In this document: positions 11,843 through 25,571 of the stretch, piece by piece
Layout of the letters: each line of letters begins with the position of its first letter
Numbering within the stretch: the first letter of the stretch is position 1
NCBI GenBank assembly: GCA_964016885.1
Contig: OZ024741.1
Location: 367,722,001 to 367,786,000 of the forward strand
Direction of reading: 5' to 3'
Length of the DNA stretch: 64,000 nt
Source: Eledone cirrhosa
Taxonomy: Eukaryota
Made by a program: the position numbers and the translations under genes
The notes under the pieces: model-generated
The model's input: the letters and a program-made list of their open reading frames with translations, nothing else
Database searches by the model: none
Told to the model about the DNA's origin: nothing

Positions 11843-12467
11843 ACTAGAAATTGATTAACATATAAATATACATGAATAATCACAGGAGATAATTTTAGCC
11901 CGCGTGTAACCACGCATAGCTAGTATAGGTAATATTTACCTTTAAGTATGATTAACCTTCCTTGTATATATCCCATTAAAGAAATATATTTCACCAATTA
12001 ATCAGATGGTAAGTCATGGAAAGTGGACATTATTGGATCGTCAACAAGGAAAGTGTAACAATAGCTATCCATCCTTACAGGACAAGCCAAAATCTTCAAC
12101 TAGCTGTCACCACGTGTTGCGTCTACACAAGATAGCGGTTTCGTTTCAGTGGCGTGAATAGGTATTTGACAACTAGAAATAGCAGCCAAATTTTCTTCAA
12201 CAGAATTAGCTCTACAGTTAAGGAGCAGTATATATCTATATCCAAATTTAAGATAAATTAAATGAATTTAATCTAAATCGAAATTGTGGGTGTCATGTCA
12301 TAAATATGCGCCATAAATCCTGGAAATTAAGCTCTAAGATAATTCTGAGCATTCAATAATAACTAGAAATTGATTAACATATAAATATACATGAATAATC
12401 ACAGGAGATAATTTTAGCCCGCGTGTAACCACGCATAGCTAGTATAGGTAATATTTACCTTTAAGTA

Positions 12468-12470
<3 letters not shown>
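11841..12470 (+). repeat. ~110-bp direct repeat (11841-11950, 12360-12470) containing a Helitron-like 3' end
   Basis: The two copies match; each has a GCGTG-taac-CACGC hairpin followed by CTAG|T. Confidence 0.55.
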
Positions 12471-12547
<77 letters not shown>

Positions 12548-12834
12548 TCAACAGAGAGTAGAGAGTTTGACAACAGGTCGATGACTTTAGTCTAGATAGG
12601 GTAATGACATGTGATGGTGGGGAGAGAGTGTAGACGTTATTGTGGTGGTGGGGGACAGTGAGATGCATCTAGTTCATTTGACCGTTTTCTTCTCTTTGCA
12701 AAATTTGAATTTTAGCCATGTTATATTGAGATGTAAGTAAATGTAAAATGTCACGACAGAAGTTTGTGGAAGTTACACAAATATTTTAGTATATTTTAGC
12801 AGAGCAATCCTTATTTATATTTTACATTTTACAA

Positions 12835-12865
<31 letters not shown>

Positions 12866-12867
12866 CA

Positions 12868-14160
12868 TGGTGGCTGCCAACTCGTTTTCGAGTACGGCCA
12901 CTACTTTATATCCATGTAGGAGAACCCCTACCGATGCGCTGAACGAATGTGACTTTTTAGTCCAGCCAGCAACTTGAAAACTCTGGTACAAAGACTACAC
13001 TTGTGACCATTATTGACACATAGTGCAGGGCCCATGGTACCATGTGATGACAAGTGCAGAGAGATCTCCAGATATAAAGCAATGCCTGTGCTGTGAAGCT
13101 TTTATAGTGAGCAAAGGCACTGCACAAAGCCAGTCCCACTCTCTTAACCAAGATGATATTTACCAAAAAGAAGAACAATTCAACATCATTGGATACCATC
13201 AGGGTTGCAGGTGTTATATCAGAGTTTTCCTTCTCCTAGAATTCTGCCTTGACAAAGGCTAAGGGGTCATCTCTCCCAGTGATTTTGGATGGCCATTGAC
13301 TCTTAAGAGCTCCTTTGCCCTTTGACAGGTTTTGTTTTTAGTCCTGCAGGATGTCCAAAGTCACCCTCCTCACCAAGAAACCTTGGTGGGGTTGCCAGTT
13401 TAGTCGCCAACGACCCGACCATGAGACAGGTTGTACTGGGATACATGTTACCAGTAGCACCAAGTGGTGACCTGACATAATACATACATACATACATACA
13501 TACATACATACATACATACATACATACATACATACATACATACATACATACATGGTGGCTGCCAACTCGTTTTCGAGTACGGCCACTACTTTATATCCAT
13601 GTAGGAGAACCCCTACCGATGCGCTGAACGAGTGTGACTTTTTAGTCCAGACAGCGACTTGAAAACTCTGGTACAAACACTACACTTGTGACAATTATTG
13701 ACACATAGTGCTGGGCCCATGGTACCATGTGACGACAAGTGCAGAGAGATCTCCAAATATAAAGCAATGCCTGTGCCGTGAAGCTTTTATAGTGAGCAAA
13801 GGCACTGCACAAAGCCAGTCCCACTCTCTTAACCAAGATGATATTTACCAAAAAGAAGAACAAGTCAACATCATTGGATACCATCAGAGTTGCAGGTGTT
13901 ATATCAGAGTTTTCCTTCTCCTAGAATTCTGCCTTGACAAAGGCTAAGGGGTCATCTCTCCCGGTGATTTTGGATGGCCATTGACTCTTAATAGCTCTTT
14001 TTCCCTTTGACAGGTTTTGTTTTTAGTCCTGCGGGATGTCCAAAGTCACCCTCCTCACCAAGAAACCTTAGTGGGGTTGCCAGTTTAGTCGCCAACGACC
14101 CGACCATGAGACAGGTTGTACTGGGATACATGTTACCAGTAGCACCAACTGGTGACCTGA
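12868..14160 (-). mobile_element. Head-to-tail dimer of the 608-bp RTE-derived element (12868-13475, 13553-14160)
   Basis: Two near-identical copies separated and flanked by (TACA)n. Confidence 0.85.
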
Positions 14161-14190
14161 CATACATACATACATACATACATACATACA

Positions 14191-14221
<31 letters not shown>

Positions 14222-14299
14222 CTGGAACCTTCAACATTTGTAAAACATTCTTACGATTCAAAGTTTTAAGAAGCCATATCAATCTCAGAGTTACTTTGT

Positions 14300-15200
14300 A
14301 ACCTTGTATTGTAGACTATTACATTAAAGGATAAGAGATGTCCTAATTTTGTAGACTATAACATTGAAAGATGTCCTAATATTGTAGACTATAACATTGA
14401 AAGATGTCAGATGTCCTAGTATTGTAGATTATAAAATTAAAAGATGCGAGATATCCTAATATTGTAGACTAGAACAGTAAAAGATATGAGTTGTCCTAAT
14501 ATTGTAGACTATAACATTGAAAGATCTCCTAATATTGTAGACTATAACATTGAAAGATCTCCTAATATTGTAGACTATAACATTGAAAGATGTCCTAATA
14601 TTGTAGACTATAACATTGAAAGATCTCCTAATATTGTAGACTATAACATTGAAAGATCTCCTAATATTGTAGACTATAACATTGAAAGATGTCCTAATAT
14701 TGTAGACTATAACATTGAAAGATGTCCTAATATTGTAGACTATAACATTGAAAGATGTCCTAATATTGTAGACTATAACATTGAAAGATCTCCTAATATT
14801 GTAGACTATAACATTGAAAGATCTCCTAATATTGTAGACTATAACATTGAAAGATGTCCTAATATTGTAGACTATAACATTGAAAGATCTCCTAATATTG
14901 TAGACTATAACATTGAAAGATCTCCTAATATTGTAGACTATAACATTGAAAGATCTCCTAATATTGTAGACTATAACATTGAAAGATGTCCTAATATTGT
15001 AGACTATAACATTGAAAGATCTCCTAATATTGTAGACTATAACAGTAAAAGATGTGAGATGTCCTAATATTGTAGACTAAGACATTGAAAGATATGCGAT
15101 GTCCTAATATTGTAGACTATAACATTAAAAGATATGCGATGTCCTAATATTGTAGACTATAACATTAAAAGATATGCGATGTCCTACTTTTGTAGACCAT
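14300..15200. repeat. 33-bp minisatellite CCTAATATTGTAGACTATAACATTGAAAGAT(G/C)T
   Basis: About 17 homogeneous core units, flanked by degenerate and 40-bp variant units. Gives the 11-aa-periodic ORF 14486-15067. Confidence 0.95.
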
Positions 15201-15593
15201 TTGTAATATCAAAAGAAAGCTACTAAGGAAATGACATATAATTGTTTCTACTTTTGGCACCAGGCCAGCAATTATCCCAGTGCATTACTGGTACTTTATT
15301 TTATCGACCTCGTAAGGATGAAAGGCAAAGTTAACCTTGGCGGGATTTGAACTCAGATCATAAAGGGAGGTAACTCTATGCTTCAAAGCATGGCGCCCGA
15401 CCCTCTACCGATACTGCCAATATGACATATAATGTGTGCAATTAAGAACAATCAATGATTAAATAATTACATAATTTATATGCATTGACCAATTAACAAA
15501 TTGAGAGTATGTGGTGTTTGGTTATTGCCTGTCTTCATTGGAATTATTGCAACACACGCCACTCACTAATGAGTCACTCAAACACACGGATAT

Positions 15594-15671
<78 letters not shown>

Positions 15672-15762
15672 CGTGTGCGTACATATATACATATACACAC
15701 ACATATATTGAATTGAATTGAATTAGTAACATCACCTGAGTCACTCAAACAAACGGACATCA

Positions 15763-15805
<43 letters not shown>

Positions 15806-15991
15806 GTGTGTGTGTACATGTATATTATCAAATATACAATACGTATATTCATATATATATGTGTGTGTGTGTGTATAATAAATATATATATATATATGAA
15901 TATATGTATGTATGTATGAATGTAAATATACATATACGTATATATTGGGTTTTTTTTAAACGATATTTTATATAAATATATATATATATAT

Positions 15992-16190
15992 AACAAAGAA
16001 GATGTGGTAAGATACCAGGTGGACTATAACGCACCAGAGTACTCGATACTTAGGGTAGTGGAGTCGGTAAAGGGAAAAGGGTCAGGGCCCCGACGACTCA
16101 GCTCCGGCCGTTTCGACAGCTAGATCCGAACTAAGCCACCAGTCTGCTTTCGGAGGTCACCCGTCTGGGTCCTGACTCTTTTCCTATATT
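15992..16190 (-). repeat. Dispersed repeat, probable PLE terminal repeat with decayed hammerhead (also about 47417-47540 and 55523-55680)
   Basis: Shared TGTGGTAAGG.ACCAG.TGGA..ATAA..CACCAGAGTACTC.ATACTTAGGGTAG, plus a GAAA-CGG...(G/T)CG-T(C/T) half-hammerhead. Confidence 0.45.
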
Positions 16191-17496
16191 TCTTATTTGC
16201 TAAACCTTGATTATATATGTTCTGGCTCGTTAATTTATTAACTAGCCATTGAACCACATTGGCATATGGTTGGACAATACATGTGTCCCTGGACGCTTTT
16301 TGCGTGTAGGGATATACACTTTTTTATTATTATTATTCTCCTCTTGGTCGAGATAAAATTTGGTCGTTTTGACTGCTGCTATTTATAGTGGTAGTAGACT
16401 GACCTCCCTGCCTCTGCTTATACCTTTACACACGGCACTGGACAGAATTGCTTCCACATCATTCATTCTCATCTCGGGTACAATTTTGAATAGCGCCAGT
16501 TCGTAATTTGAACTCGGGGATTTTATATTCTCCGAGTGAAAAGAACCTTCTGACGAGAGTTTATCTTTAACATGGAAGGCCGCAAGGAGTGTCCATTTAT
16601 TTTTGAGACTCGAAACCGATTCGGTAAAGGTAACCATAGTGAGTACAGTGAATTTTTTGAAATTTATTTTGAAACTTTTTCTTATTTGCTAAACCTTGAT
16701 TGTATATGCCCCCCCCCCTTTCACCCGTTCTTTCTTTTCTGCGACACCAGAGCTCTTGCCATCCCCTCTCCTTCCCGTTCTTTTTCTTCTTTCTTTCTCT
16801 CTTTTTTCTCTATATTTGCCTTTTCTTTCTTTCCTTTTGTTTCCTTTTTTTTGTTATTGCCGCCATTATAGTTGTCATTTGGCAGTATCGAGAGAGGGTT
16901 GGACACCATGCTTTGCAGCATAGAGTTACGGCCTTTTACGGTCTGAGTTCAAATCCCGCCGAGGGTAACTTTGCTTTTCATCCTTACGGCGTCGATAAAA
17001 TAAAGCACCAGTAATTCACTGGGGTCGATTTAATCGACTTTCCTCCCCCCAAATTGCTGGTCTTGTGCCTATAGTAGAAATCATTATTGTTACTGTAAAT
17101 AACATCATGTTTATACAGCTTTTATCATAGAAACTTCGCCTTATTTTTTTCACTATAGTAAATAGTCTAATAATAGCACCACCAATAGGCCCCTAGAACA
17201 GAAAAAAAATTAGTATTTTCGCGTCTGGAACCGAACTTCGCATCTTCTGCTAATGCCCATTTTTACGTTCTAAGGGCCTATACGCTCTGTTATTATTGGT
17301 GAATTGGCAGTATCGGTAGAGGGTTGGACGCCATGTTTTCTAGCATAGTTACGTCCCTTTACAGTCTGAGTTCAAATCCCGCCGAGGTTAACTTTGCCTT
17401 TCATCCTTACGGGGTCGATAAAATAAAGTACCAGTAATGCACTGGGTAATTTGCTGGCCTTGTGCCTAAAGTAGAAACAATTATTATACTGTTTAA

Positions 17497-17843
17497 TGGA
17501 GGCACATGGCTTAGTGGTTAGAGCATTGAGCTTGCAATCGAAAGGTTGTGAGTTCAATTCTCAGACCGGGTGATGTGTTGTTTCCTTGAGCAAGACACTT
17601 TATTTCACATTGCTCCAGTTTACTCAGCTGTAGAAATGAGATGATAGGGACTGGGGTCCATATCATTCCACTGCAAAGTGGTCGTGGAGGTGCCACGGCA
17701 AAAAAGCACCCAGCACTCGCTGTAAATGAGGTTGGTGTTAGGAAGGGCATCCAGCTGTAGAAATCAAGCCAGAATCAGTTCCCGTCCCACCCTTGCAAGC
17801 AGGGAAAGGGGGACGTAAAATGAAATGATGATGATGATGATGA
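17497..17843 (+). mobile_element. tRNA/CORE-like SINE with RTE-derived 3' tail (second copy 57427-57750 on -)
   Basis: A-box TGGCTTAGTGG, B-box GAGTTCAATTC, CCTTGAGCAAGACACTT core. The tail AGGAAGGGCATCCAGCTGTAGAAATC...GGACGTAAAA(TGA)n is shared with the RTE at 47621-47900. Related heads occur at about 20315, 40176 and 55110. Confidence 0.75.
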
Positions 17844-18198
17844 TTTTCTGTAGTAAAAAAAAATTACGAAGTTATCGACCGGCAGGAGACCCATGAGTAG
17901 ACCCCGAGCAGGATGGTTGGATAACATCCATGAGCTCGGCTTGTCCAGCCGGATAAATTGAAGACGATTGCTTCTAGCAGGACCTGCTGAAAGGCATGCT
18001 TGAGGACTCTGGCCCCACGAGCCTCACAAGAATAAGTGGGAAAAGAAGAAGACATACATACATACATACATACATACATACATACATACGTACGTACATA
18101 CATACATACATACATACATACGTACGTACGTACATACATACATACATACATACATACATACATACATACATACATACATACATACATACATACATACA

Positions 18199-18286
18199 TG
18201 ATGGCTGCCCCCTCGTTATCGAGTATGGCCATTGCACGAGGAGAAAAAAAAATTAATAAATAAATTTAAAAAAAAAATAAAATTAA

Positions 18287-18324
<38 letters not shown>

Positions 18325-18374
18325 CACATACATATATACACACATATATATACACACACATATACATTAATAAC

Positions 18375-18406
<32 letters not shown>

Positions 18407-19268
18407 CAATAATAATAACGACAACAACAATAATGATATACATATACATATATATATACACATACACGCACACACATAAACATATTTATACACACACACA
18501 CACACGATAGCAACTAACAGCGCTGCGATCGAATGTGGCTTTTTAGCCCAGCCAATGATCTAAAATGTCTTGCACAGAGTCGGCAACCAAAACATTCACT
18601 GGTAATAGTCGGCTGTGGTTGGAGTTCGTGTACTTTTGCATGTCGCTTGAGCCCTCCTGCTGGTTTACATTCTCTACCACATGTTTGGCAAGCATGATGA
18701 GTAGCATCTCCAACAGCAGCCTGGTAGTCAACCACTGGTCTTACTTTATGACTGCGAAGATGACTTTCGAGTCCAGCTTTGCTTAGGCAGAGTCTCGCAC
18801 AGACGCTGCATGTCAGCACCATAGGAGGACCCTCGCCGTCTGGAAGTGCAACAGCAATGCCCTTCCTCACATCCCGCTTTACTTTCTCGTATGTGATTCG
18901 AGATGCCTCAAAGGCAACTTTTCCCTCATATACAGTCTTTCTCCATTTATTACGATCAGCAGCAATATTCTCCCATGTATCAGCAGAGATGTTAGCGTCT
19001 TTCAGAGAGGCTTTCAAGGAATCCTTATACTTCTTTTTTGGTTTATGTGGCGGTCGTTTTCCTTTAACCAACTCTCCATAAAAGAGTTGTTTTGGTATTC
19101 TAGAATCCTTCATCCTGGCAAGGTGACCACTCCAACGGAGTCGTTGCTTAAGCATAAGAGCTTCTATACTGTCACACATAGAGCTTTCCAAAATCTCGAC
19201 ATCACTGATGTGGTCCCTCCAGTGAACGCCATGGATCCGTCTGAGACACATCTGATGGAAACGCTCCT
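18199..19268 (-). mobile_element. RTE LINE 3' fragment with C2H2 zinc fingers (ORF 18514-19251)
   Basis: CLRRI..VHWRD, RLRWSGHLARMKDSRIPKQLFYGEL and three C2H2-type motifs. Flanked on both sides by (TACA)n. Confidence 0.88.
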
Positions 19269-19348
19269 ACATACATACATACATACATACATACATACAT
19301 ACATACATACATACATACATACATACATACATGTATGCATGCATGCAT

Positions 19349-19670
19349 GATGGCTGCAAACTCTGCTAAGAGTATTGCAATCGCTTGTCAGATTTAGATG
19401 TGTGACGCTTGGATATGGCTTTTCAAGCCTGCTAGAGACTTGCACTCTTTCGCACATTGACGACAACTATGGGTCTCCCTAGCCTCAGGTCTTGCATCAG
19501 GTAGCCTGTGAACCTTCACAATACCGTGGAGATCATAGTTCATTGGTTCTCTTTGAACATGGCTGCGACTGTGGCTCCTGAGACCATATTTGCTCAAGCA
19601 AATCTTTCTATACTCAGGGCACTTCAATTCTATCTCCCAGTCAGCCACTATCAAACCAGCTTCTTTTCAA
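19349..19670 (-). mobile_element. Second RTE C-terminal zinc-finger fragment
   Basis: CLSKYGLRSHSRSH and CRQCAKECKSLAGLKSHIQASH are homologous to the 18514 ORF; similar 3' tail. Confidence 0.7.
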
Positions 19671-21826
19671 TGAGTCCTTTACACACACACACACACACAC
19701 CTACATACACACCTACATACACACACACATGATGTGTGCATGTATGTTTATGTAAGTATATTTCTATGCATATCTGAATGTGTGTGTGGGTGTGTGTTTG
19801 TGTCTATTTGTATGGATGGTCTGTATGGTCCCATAACTCCTGGTAGAATTGTAGGGGCGCCGTGTTGACATACGGCGTTTTGGGGCTATTTTAAGCTTGG
19901 CGGAGCCCATCCCTCTCCGGGACTGAGTACAGCAGATTTCTTCCAAGGAAAGACAGAAAATGAGAAAGAGATATAAAGGAATCCTCTCCAGTATTAGACT
20001 GGTACTTTTTTTTATCGGCCTCGAAAAGATGAAAGGCAAAGTTGACCTCGGCGGGATTTTGAACTCAGAGAGTAGAGAGCCGGGACGAATACCATAAAGC
20101 ATTCTATCTGATGCTCTAACGACTCTGCCAATTCGCCGCCTGTGGCTGTTTGTAATGATATAAAAAAAAAGATGAAATTTTATTTCCTACATGTTTCACA
20201 CGCTCTCATGTCTTTTGTGTGGTTTGGGGAGATAAAGCTATTATTTCTACCAGTTTGATTGACTACGTAGGGTCTGTTATTTAACTATTTATTTATTCAT
20301 TCATTTATCTTAATGGATAGAGCGTCGGTTCACAATCGTGAGGTTGTGAGTTCGATTCCCGGACCGGGCGATGTGTTGTGTTCTTGAGCAAGACACTTTA
20401 TTTCACGTTGTTCTCATTCATTCAGCTGTAGAAATGAGTTGCGACGTCATTGGTTCCATGCTGTGTCGGCCTTTACCTTTCCCTTGGACAACATCGGTGG
20501 CGTGGAGAGCGAAAACTGCTGATCTTCTACAAAAACACCTTGCCCGGTCTTGTGCTTCAGAAGGGAAACTTTCTAGGTGCAAATCCCATAGCCATTCATG
20601 ACCGAAGGGAGTGTTTGCCCTTTTTTGTATTATAAAAATGGTTGGGGAAGGTGAGTGACTTTATTTAAGTTATTTCACTATTTGCTATAAAAGGTTTAAA
20701 AATGTAATCCCGAGAGATATTTTATGCAAGCCTAAACGAAAGCGTACTAAGTATAAATTGACTGTGACATTAATACAGCGTGATTTACAATAAAAGCATG
20801 TAGGGAAGCATGTACAATAATAATAAACATACATAAATCTCACTGAATTTTAAGCTATGGTCGTGTCACGTTTATTATATATAAATATATTGTATATGCT
20901 TCCATATACGTTTTTATTTTGAATCACATTGTATTTGTGCTACTGCTAATTCATACTAGCCCATTGAGCTTGCACTATATACAAACCAGTCTGTAATATC
21001 TATAAATCTATTGTTTACGAAATTCTGTGCATAAGCAGCATTAGCTTTCTTGTCTCAGTACTGAATGAATAAACGTCACTGATGATGGATTAATTAATGA
21101 TCCTGAAATACTATAGTATTTAACGTTCTCACTCGGTTACTGAACTAACTGTGACATGATCACAATTTCAAATACCCACACTGAGATTTGTGTATATGCA
21201 TTATACATAAACAAATTGCATATGCTTCCATATAGCCCTCTATAACGCTAGTTAGTCGTTGAAGTTGCGCAGGGTTCATTCAGCTTTTGACAGACAGGTA
21301 AATGCTTATTCATTAATAGAAAATAACTATGACTGATGCAGCAGGTATCACTGGCTGTTCTCTGCGACAATGCTATCGCCATCTTGTCCGCGATATACTG
21401 CCTAGCCAAGGGTGTACAGTTTTAGTACCTCACTTCTCCTTCCCTTCTTTCATTATATATTTTCTTTCTTCTTATTTATCTCTCTTCTTATTTATTATTT
21501 TAAATCCTTTTTTTTTTTATATTTTCATTATTGTATACTTGTGTTAACTAATAACTCTCTTTAAGCATAAATTGAAAATAACAATAATAATTGTTTTTAC
21601 TTAAGGCACAAGGCCAGCAATTTGAAAATGAAGGGAAAGTCGATTAAATCTATCCCAGTGCGTTACTGGTACTTTGTGTTATCGACCCCGTAAGGATGAA
21701 AGGAAAAGTTAACCTCAGCGGGATTTGAAATCAGAATGCAAAGGGCAGTAACTCCATACTGCGAAGCATGTTGTCCGACGTTCTACTGGTGCTGGAATTG
21801 CCAAATACTCTTCCATGCATCACCTG

Positions 21827-22003
21827 CAGACGTGCCAACCTCTAAAAACCCAAAACGGTGAGTACCATGAAAAAAAGTGCCCCAAAACGAGGAGAAATGA
21901 AACAAAATTGGGGAGATTTTACATAATGAAAACTATACCCATTTTCAGAAGAGAAAAGTGGGTGGGAGATCTCCCGGTCGAACGGGAAAAGTTGACAGGT
22001 CTA
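21827..22003. mobile_element. hAT-type MITE
   Basis: Imperfect TIRs CAGACGTGCCAAC / GTTGACAGGTCTA and an 8-bp TSD ATCACCTG/ATTACCTG. The same right end is at 1-52. Confidence 0.65.
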
Positions 22004-23939
22004 ATTACCTGGTTCACGGGTCGTACTGCTTTACATGTTACCAGTAGCATTCACGTGTCCTGAAACAAAAATGCTTTCCAATTTATGCACAAGTCCAGCA
22101 ATTTTCATGGGAGGAAAAGGTCGATTACCACAGACTGGTTCTGTATTTTTTCAATCCCAGAAGAAAAGTAAATTTTATCTCAACAACATTTGAACTCAGA
22201 ACGTAAAGAGCCGGAACATTTTGTCTGATACTCTGATGATTCTGCCAAGCCACCATCATTTGTTTCTAATTTATGCGCAGGTCCAGCAATCAGCAATGGA
22301 GGGAAAAGTTGATTAAATCGACCCTAATACTAAATTGGAAGGATGAAAGATAAAATTGACTTCGGTGGGATTTGAATTCAGAATGTAAAGGTCCGGAAAT
22401 ATATTCCGATGTTTTATCTAGTTATAATGTTATAGTTATAATTCATACTCTATACTAGGGGTGTGCAACATATTTCATTGGTCGGCCACTTTTGAACATT
22501 GGAACAACTATTAGGGCCATTAATATTTATTAGAGCGGTGGATTGGCAATATCGGTAGAGGGTCGGACGCCATGCTTTGACGCATAGAGTAACGGCCGGC
22601 CCTTGCCATTCTGAGCTCAAATCCCGCCGAGGTTAACTTTGCCTTTCATCCTTACGGGGCGATAAAATAAAGTACCAGTAATATACTGGGATAATTGCTG
22701 GCCTTGTGCCAAAAGTAGAAACAATATTATAACAATATGACCCTCCCCAAATATAACAATATTTGTTTCAACACACGATATCAGATCGAAAACCTTGCAA
22801 AACAAATATATATATATATATCCATGTAGTGTAACGTGAGGTTACTGTAGGTTCACACAGGTGAGCATTTGATGTTAAGGTTCACGTCAGCAGAGGCCCT
22901 ACGAGCTTCTGATTCCAGAATCTGGCCAGGTCGATACAGATCGAACCTTGAGCTGATCAATAGCAAAACGTGCAATCAATAAACGTAATGAAGGCTTAAC
23001 AAATCGACCTTGTATTATTGTATGTATAGGTGGAGGGGTGTAATACCTATAAAAAGGAAGTTTCTTTGTTTGTACCTTGACTGCTAATAACACCAAATAA
23101 AATTGGTAATAATTAAGGTTTTTCATGTGTTTTCAATTAATCGGATTTTTCCAGCCTTGGAGATTTCTTCAGTGAAAATATTCTTTTCTAGTTTTATATA
23201 TATATTTTTTTTTTTTCGATTGATCGAAAATAGTATACCAATAATGCACTGGGTAATTGCTGGCATTGTGCCAAAAGTAGAAACAATTAATATTTATTAA
23301 GCACTATTCCAAATAGTCACCACAACTTCTTTCCATAACATGGATCTGGGAAATTATAACACATAACCCTATCAGTGAGGCCCTTTAGTATAGGTCAACT
23401 AACAGACAATTGTATTACGGTTACGAAAATAATTCTAAATAAGCCTACAAGGTAAATATTAAAAGCTGACAGGTCTGGCGGGCCGGATTCTGCCCCGAGC
23501 CGCCTGTTGCACGTCCCTGCTCTACACTATAGTCTATAGCAAAAACACACTTCGAAATAAACTTTCTATATATATGTGTGTGTGTGTGTGTGAAAAAGAG
23601 AGAGAGTGATGGGGGGGGGGGACTATGTATATGGGTGGGACCATACAGGCACAAGAACATATGTTCAGGGGAAATAACTACATATTTTGACATTATTTTT
23701 ATCTCCCTTGGTTATTAATCTTAATATTCTTCGATTGTTTCTTTTAAATACAATTAAGCTATAGAACTATCCCTTGATTCTTTCTCATCTCCTAAATATC
23801 CTTTAAGGGAGTTTCGATATAAAAATTGCGTTTTGATTGGCGTTTTTCTCCTTTCGTCATATTCAGACAGCGAGTCTCTGTATGCATTCACTTCATGCAG
23901 AGCACTCCACTCAAGCATTTTCGCCTTTACCGTTTGTTG

Positions 23940-23977
<38 letters not shown>

Positions 23978-24104
23978 AACACATATATATATACATATAT
24001 ATATGTGTGCGTGTGTGTGTTTGTGTGTGCGCACATGCCACAAACAGCCTCTTTTTTAAAGCCATGTTAGTAGAATGAGCCGCTCATTCTTGCTCTTGTC
24101 TTGG

Positions 24105-24175
24105 TATGTAAACAGAACTGAGACACTAATATTTCTGGGTATTACCCTTCATCAGTGTAGTTCACTGTTCACCTG
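24105..24175 (-). ncRNA. Type I hammerhead ribozyme motif in a PLE-like terminal repeat
   Basis: Minus strand reads GAACTACA-CTGATGA-aGGGTaatACCCa-GAAA-tattagtg-TC-TCAGTTC; homologous to 43203-43252. Confidence 0.6.
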
Positions 24176-24326
24176 CCAACTGTCAGAGCTAGTGAAAATA
24201 TATCATATTTTCTAAAATATACAGTGACCTATCGGCCTGCTTTGCATATTAGCAGAGGCTGTTTGCACACACCCACACACACATATATATATATATGCAA
24301 ACATATATCTATATGCAAACACACAC

Positions 24327-24387
<61 letters not shown>

Positions 24388-24482
24388 TGTCTGTGTCTGT
24401 GTGTGTTCAAACAGCCTCTGCTGATATGCAAATCAGACCGATCCATCACTGTATATTTTAGAAAATATGATAGACTTGATAT

Positions 24483-24769
24483 GATGGGGCTGAAAAAGCA
24501 GACGAGAAGGCGCCCAAACAATTAGCAGTTGCCAGTCCGGTTGGCCGCCTTCTCGTCTGCTTTTTCAGCCCCATGGATTGTGTCTATTATATTCTTTTGT
24601 TAAATTTCGATTACCTGATGTCACCGGATTCATACTGAACCCGGTCATTGAAATGTTCATAGTATAATAAACCTTTAAGGAATTACACCAGTCCAGCCTC
24701 CTGTTATTTTATTATATATATATATATGTTCATAGTATAATATATATATAGTATAATATATATATAGTA

Positions 24770-24816
<47 letters not shown>

Positions 24817-24875
24817 AAATAACAGGAGGCTGGACTGGTGTAATTCCTTAAAGGTTTATTATACTATGAACATAT
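24483..24875. repeat. Paired inverted repeats (29-bp hairpin 24483-24575; ~60-bp arms 24653-24715 and 24810-24875), probable PLE terminal fragments
   Basis: ATGGGGCTGAAAAAGCAGACGAGAAGGCG and its exact reverse complement. A decayed hammerhead-like core (CTGATGt...GAAA) lies at 24615-24655, followed by AATAAA. Confidence 0.6.
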
Positions 24876-25571
24876 ATATATATATATATAAATCTTGGCT
24901 CGTGGGCAGAAATATATCGAGGATGGTGGTACACTGCTCATCCTTATTCGCCCTCATGAACGTAGAGAGTCGCAGGAAAAGTGAAATGAAGTGAAGAATT
25001 CTTACACTTCTTAATCCAACACTCACTCCGTTTTTTGTATTTGTTCTCACTCATGATCCTAGTAATATTATCTTATTCTAATATTTACTCTGTCGCTTCT
25101 CCACGTGTCCTTAAATTCATCTGTTCAAAACAAGTGGGCTGCTTCTGCTGCTACTTTTATTTCTTCTTCTGCTTCCTCTTCTTCTTCTTTCTGAGAGGGT
25201 TGTGGAGCCGTGTCCTCAAACATTCCTTCCACCGAGTCCTATCAGAAGTAACCGTCACCAATTGATCTTGCTGGATTCTCCCCATGCGTGACCAGCCAAG
25301 CTCATGAGTGTCAAAGCTACCAGAGTAATTTCCCTTGCTTAAATCTTTTATATCTATTGTATAATAATTTCTACTATAGGCACAAGGTCAGCAATTTGGG
25401 GGGAGGGAAAAGTCGATTATATCGACCCCAGTACATTACTGGTGCTTTATTTTATCGACTCCCTAAGGATGAAAGACAAAGCTAACCTCGGCGGGATTTG
25501 AATTCAGAACGTAAAGCGGCATAACTCTATGCTGCAAAATATGGTGTCTGACGCTCTGCCGATATTGTCAA

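Noticed and set aside
14486-15067. 193-aa repeat ORF or CRISPR-like array
   Set aside because: Head-to-tail 33-bp units with no unique spacers and no cas genes. The ORF is a by-product of a unit length divisible by three.
16383-16637. 84-aa minus-strand ORF as a host gene
   Set aside because: No recognisable domain or supporting exons.
17497-17575. tRNA gene
   Set aside because: A and B boxes run straight into a SINE body and the cloverleaf is incomplete.
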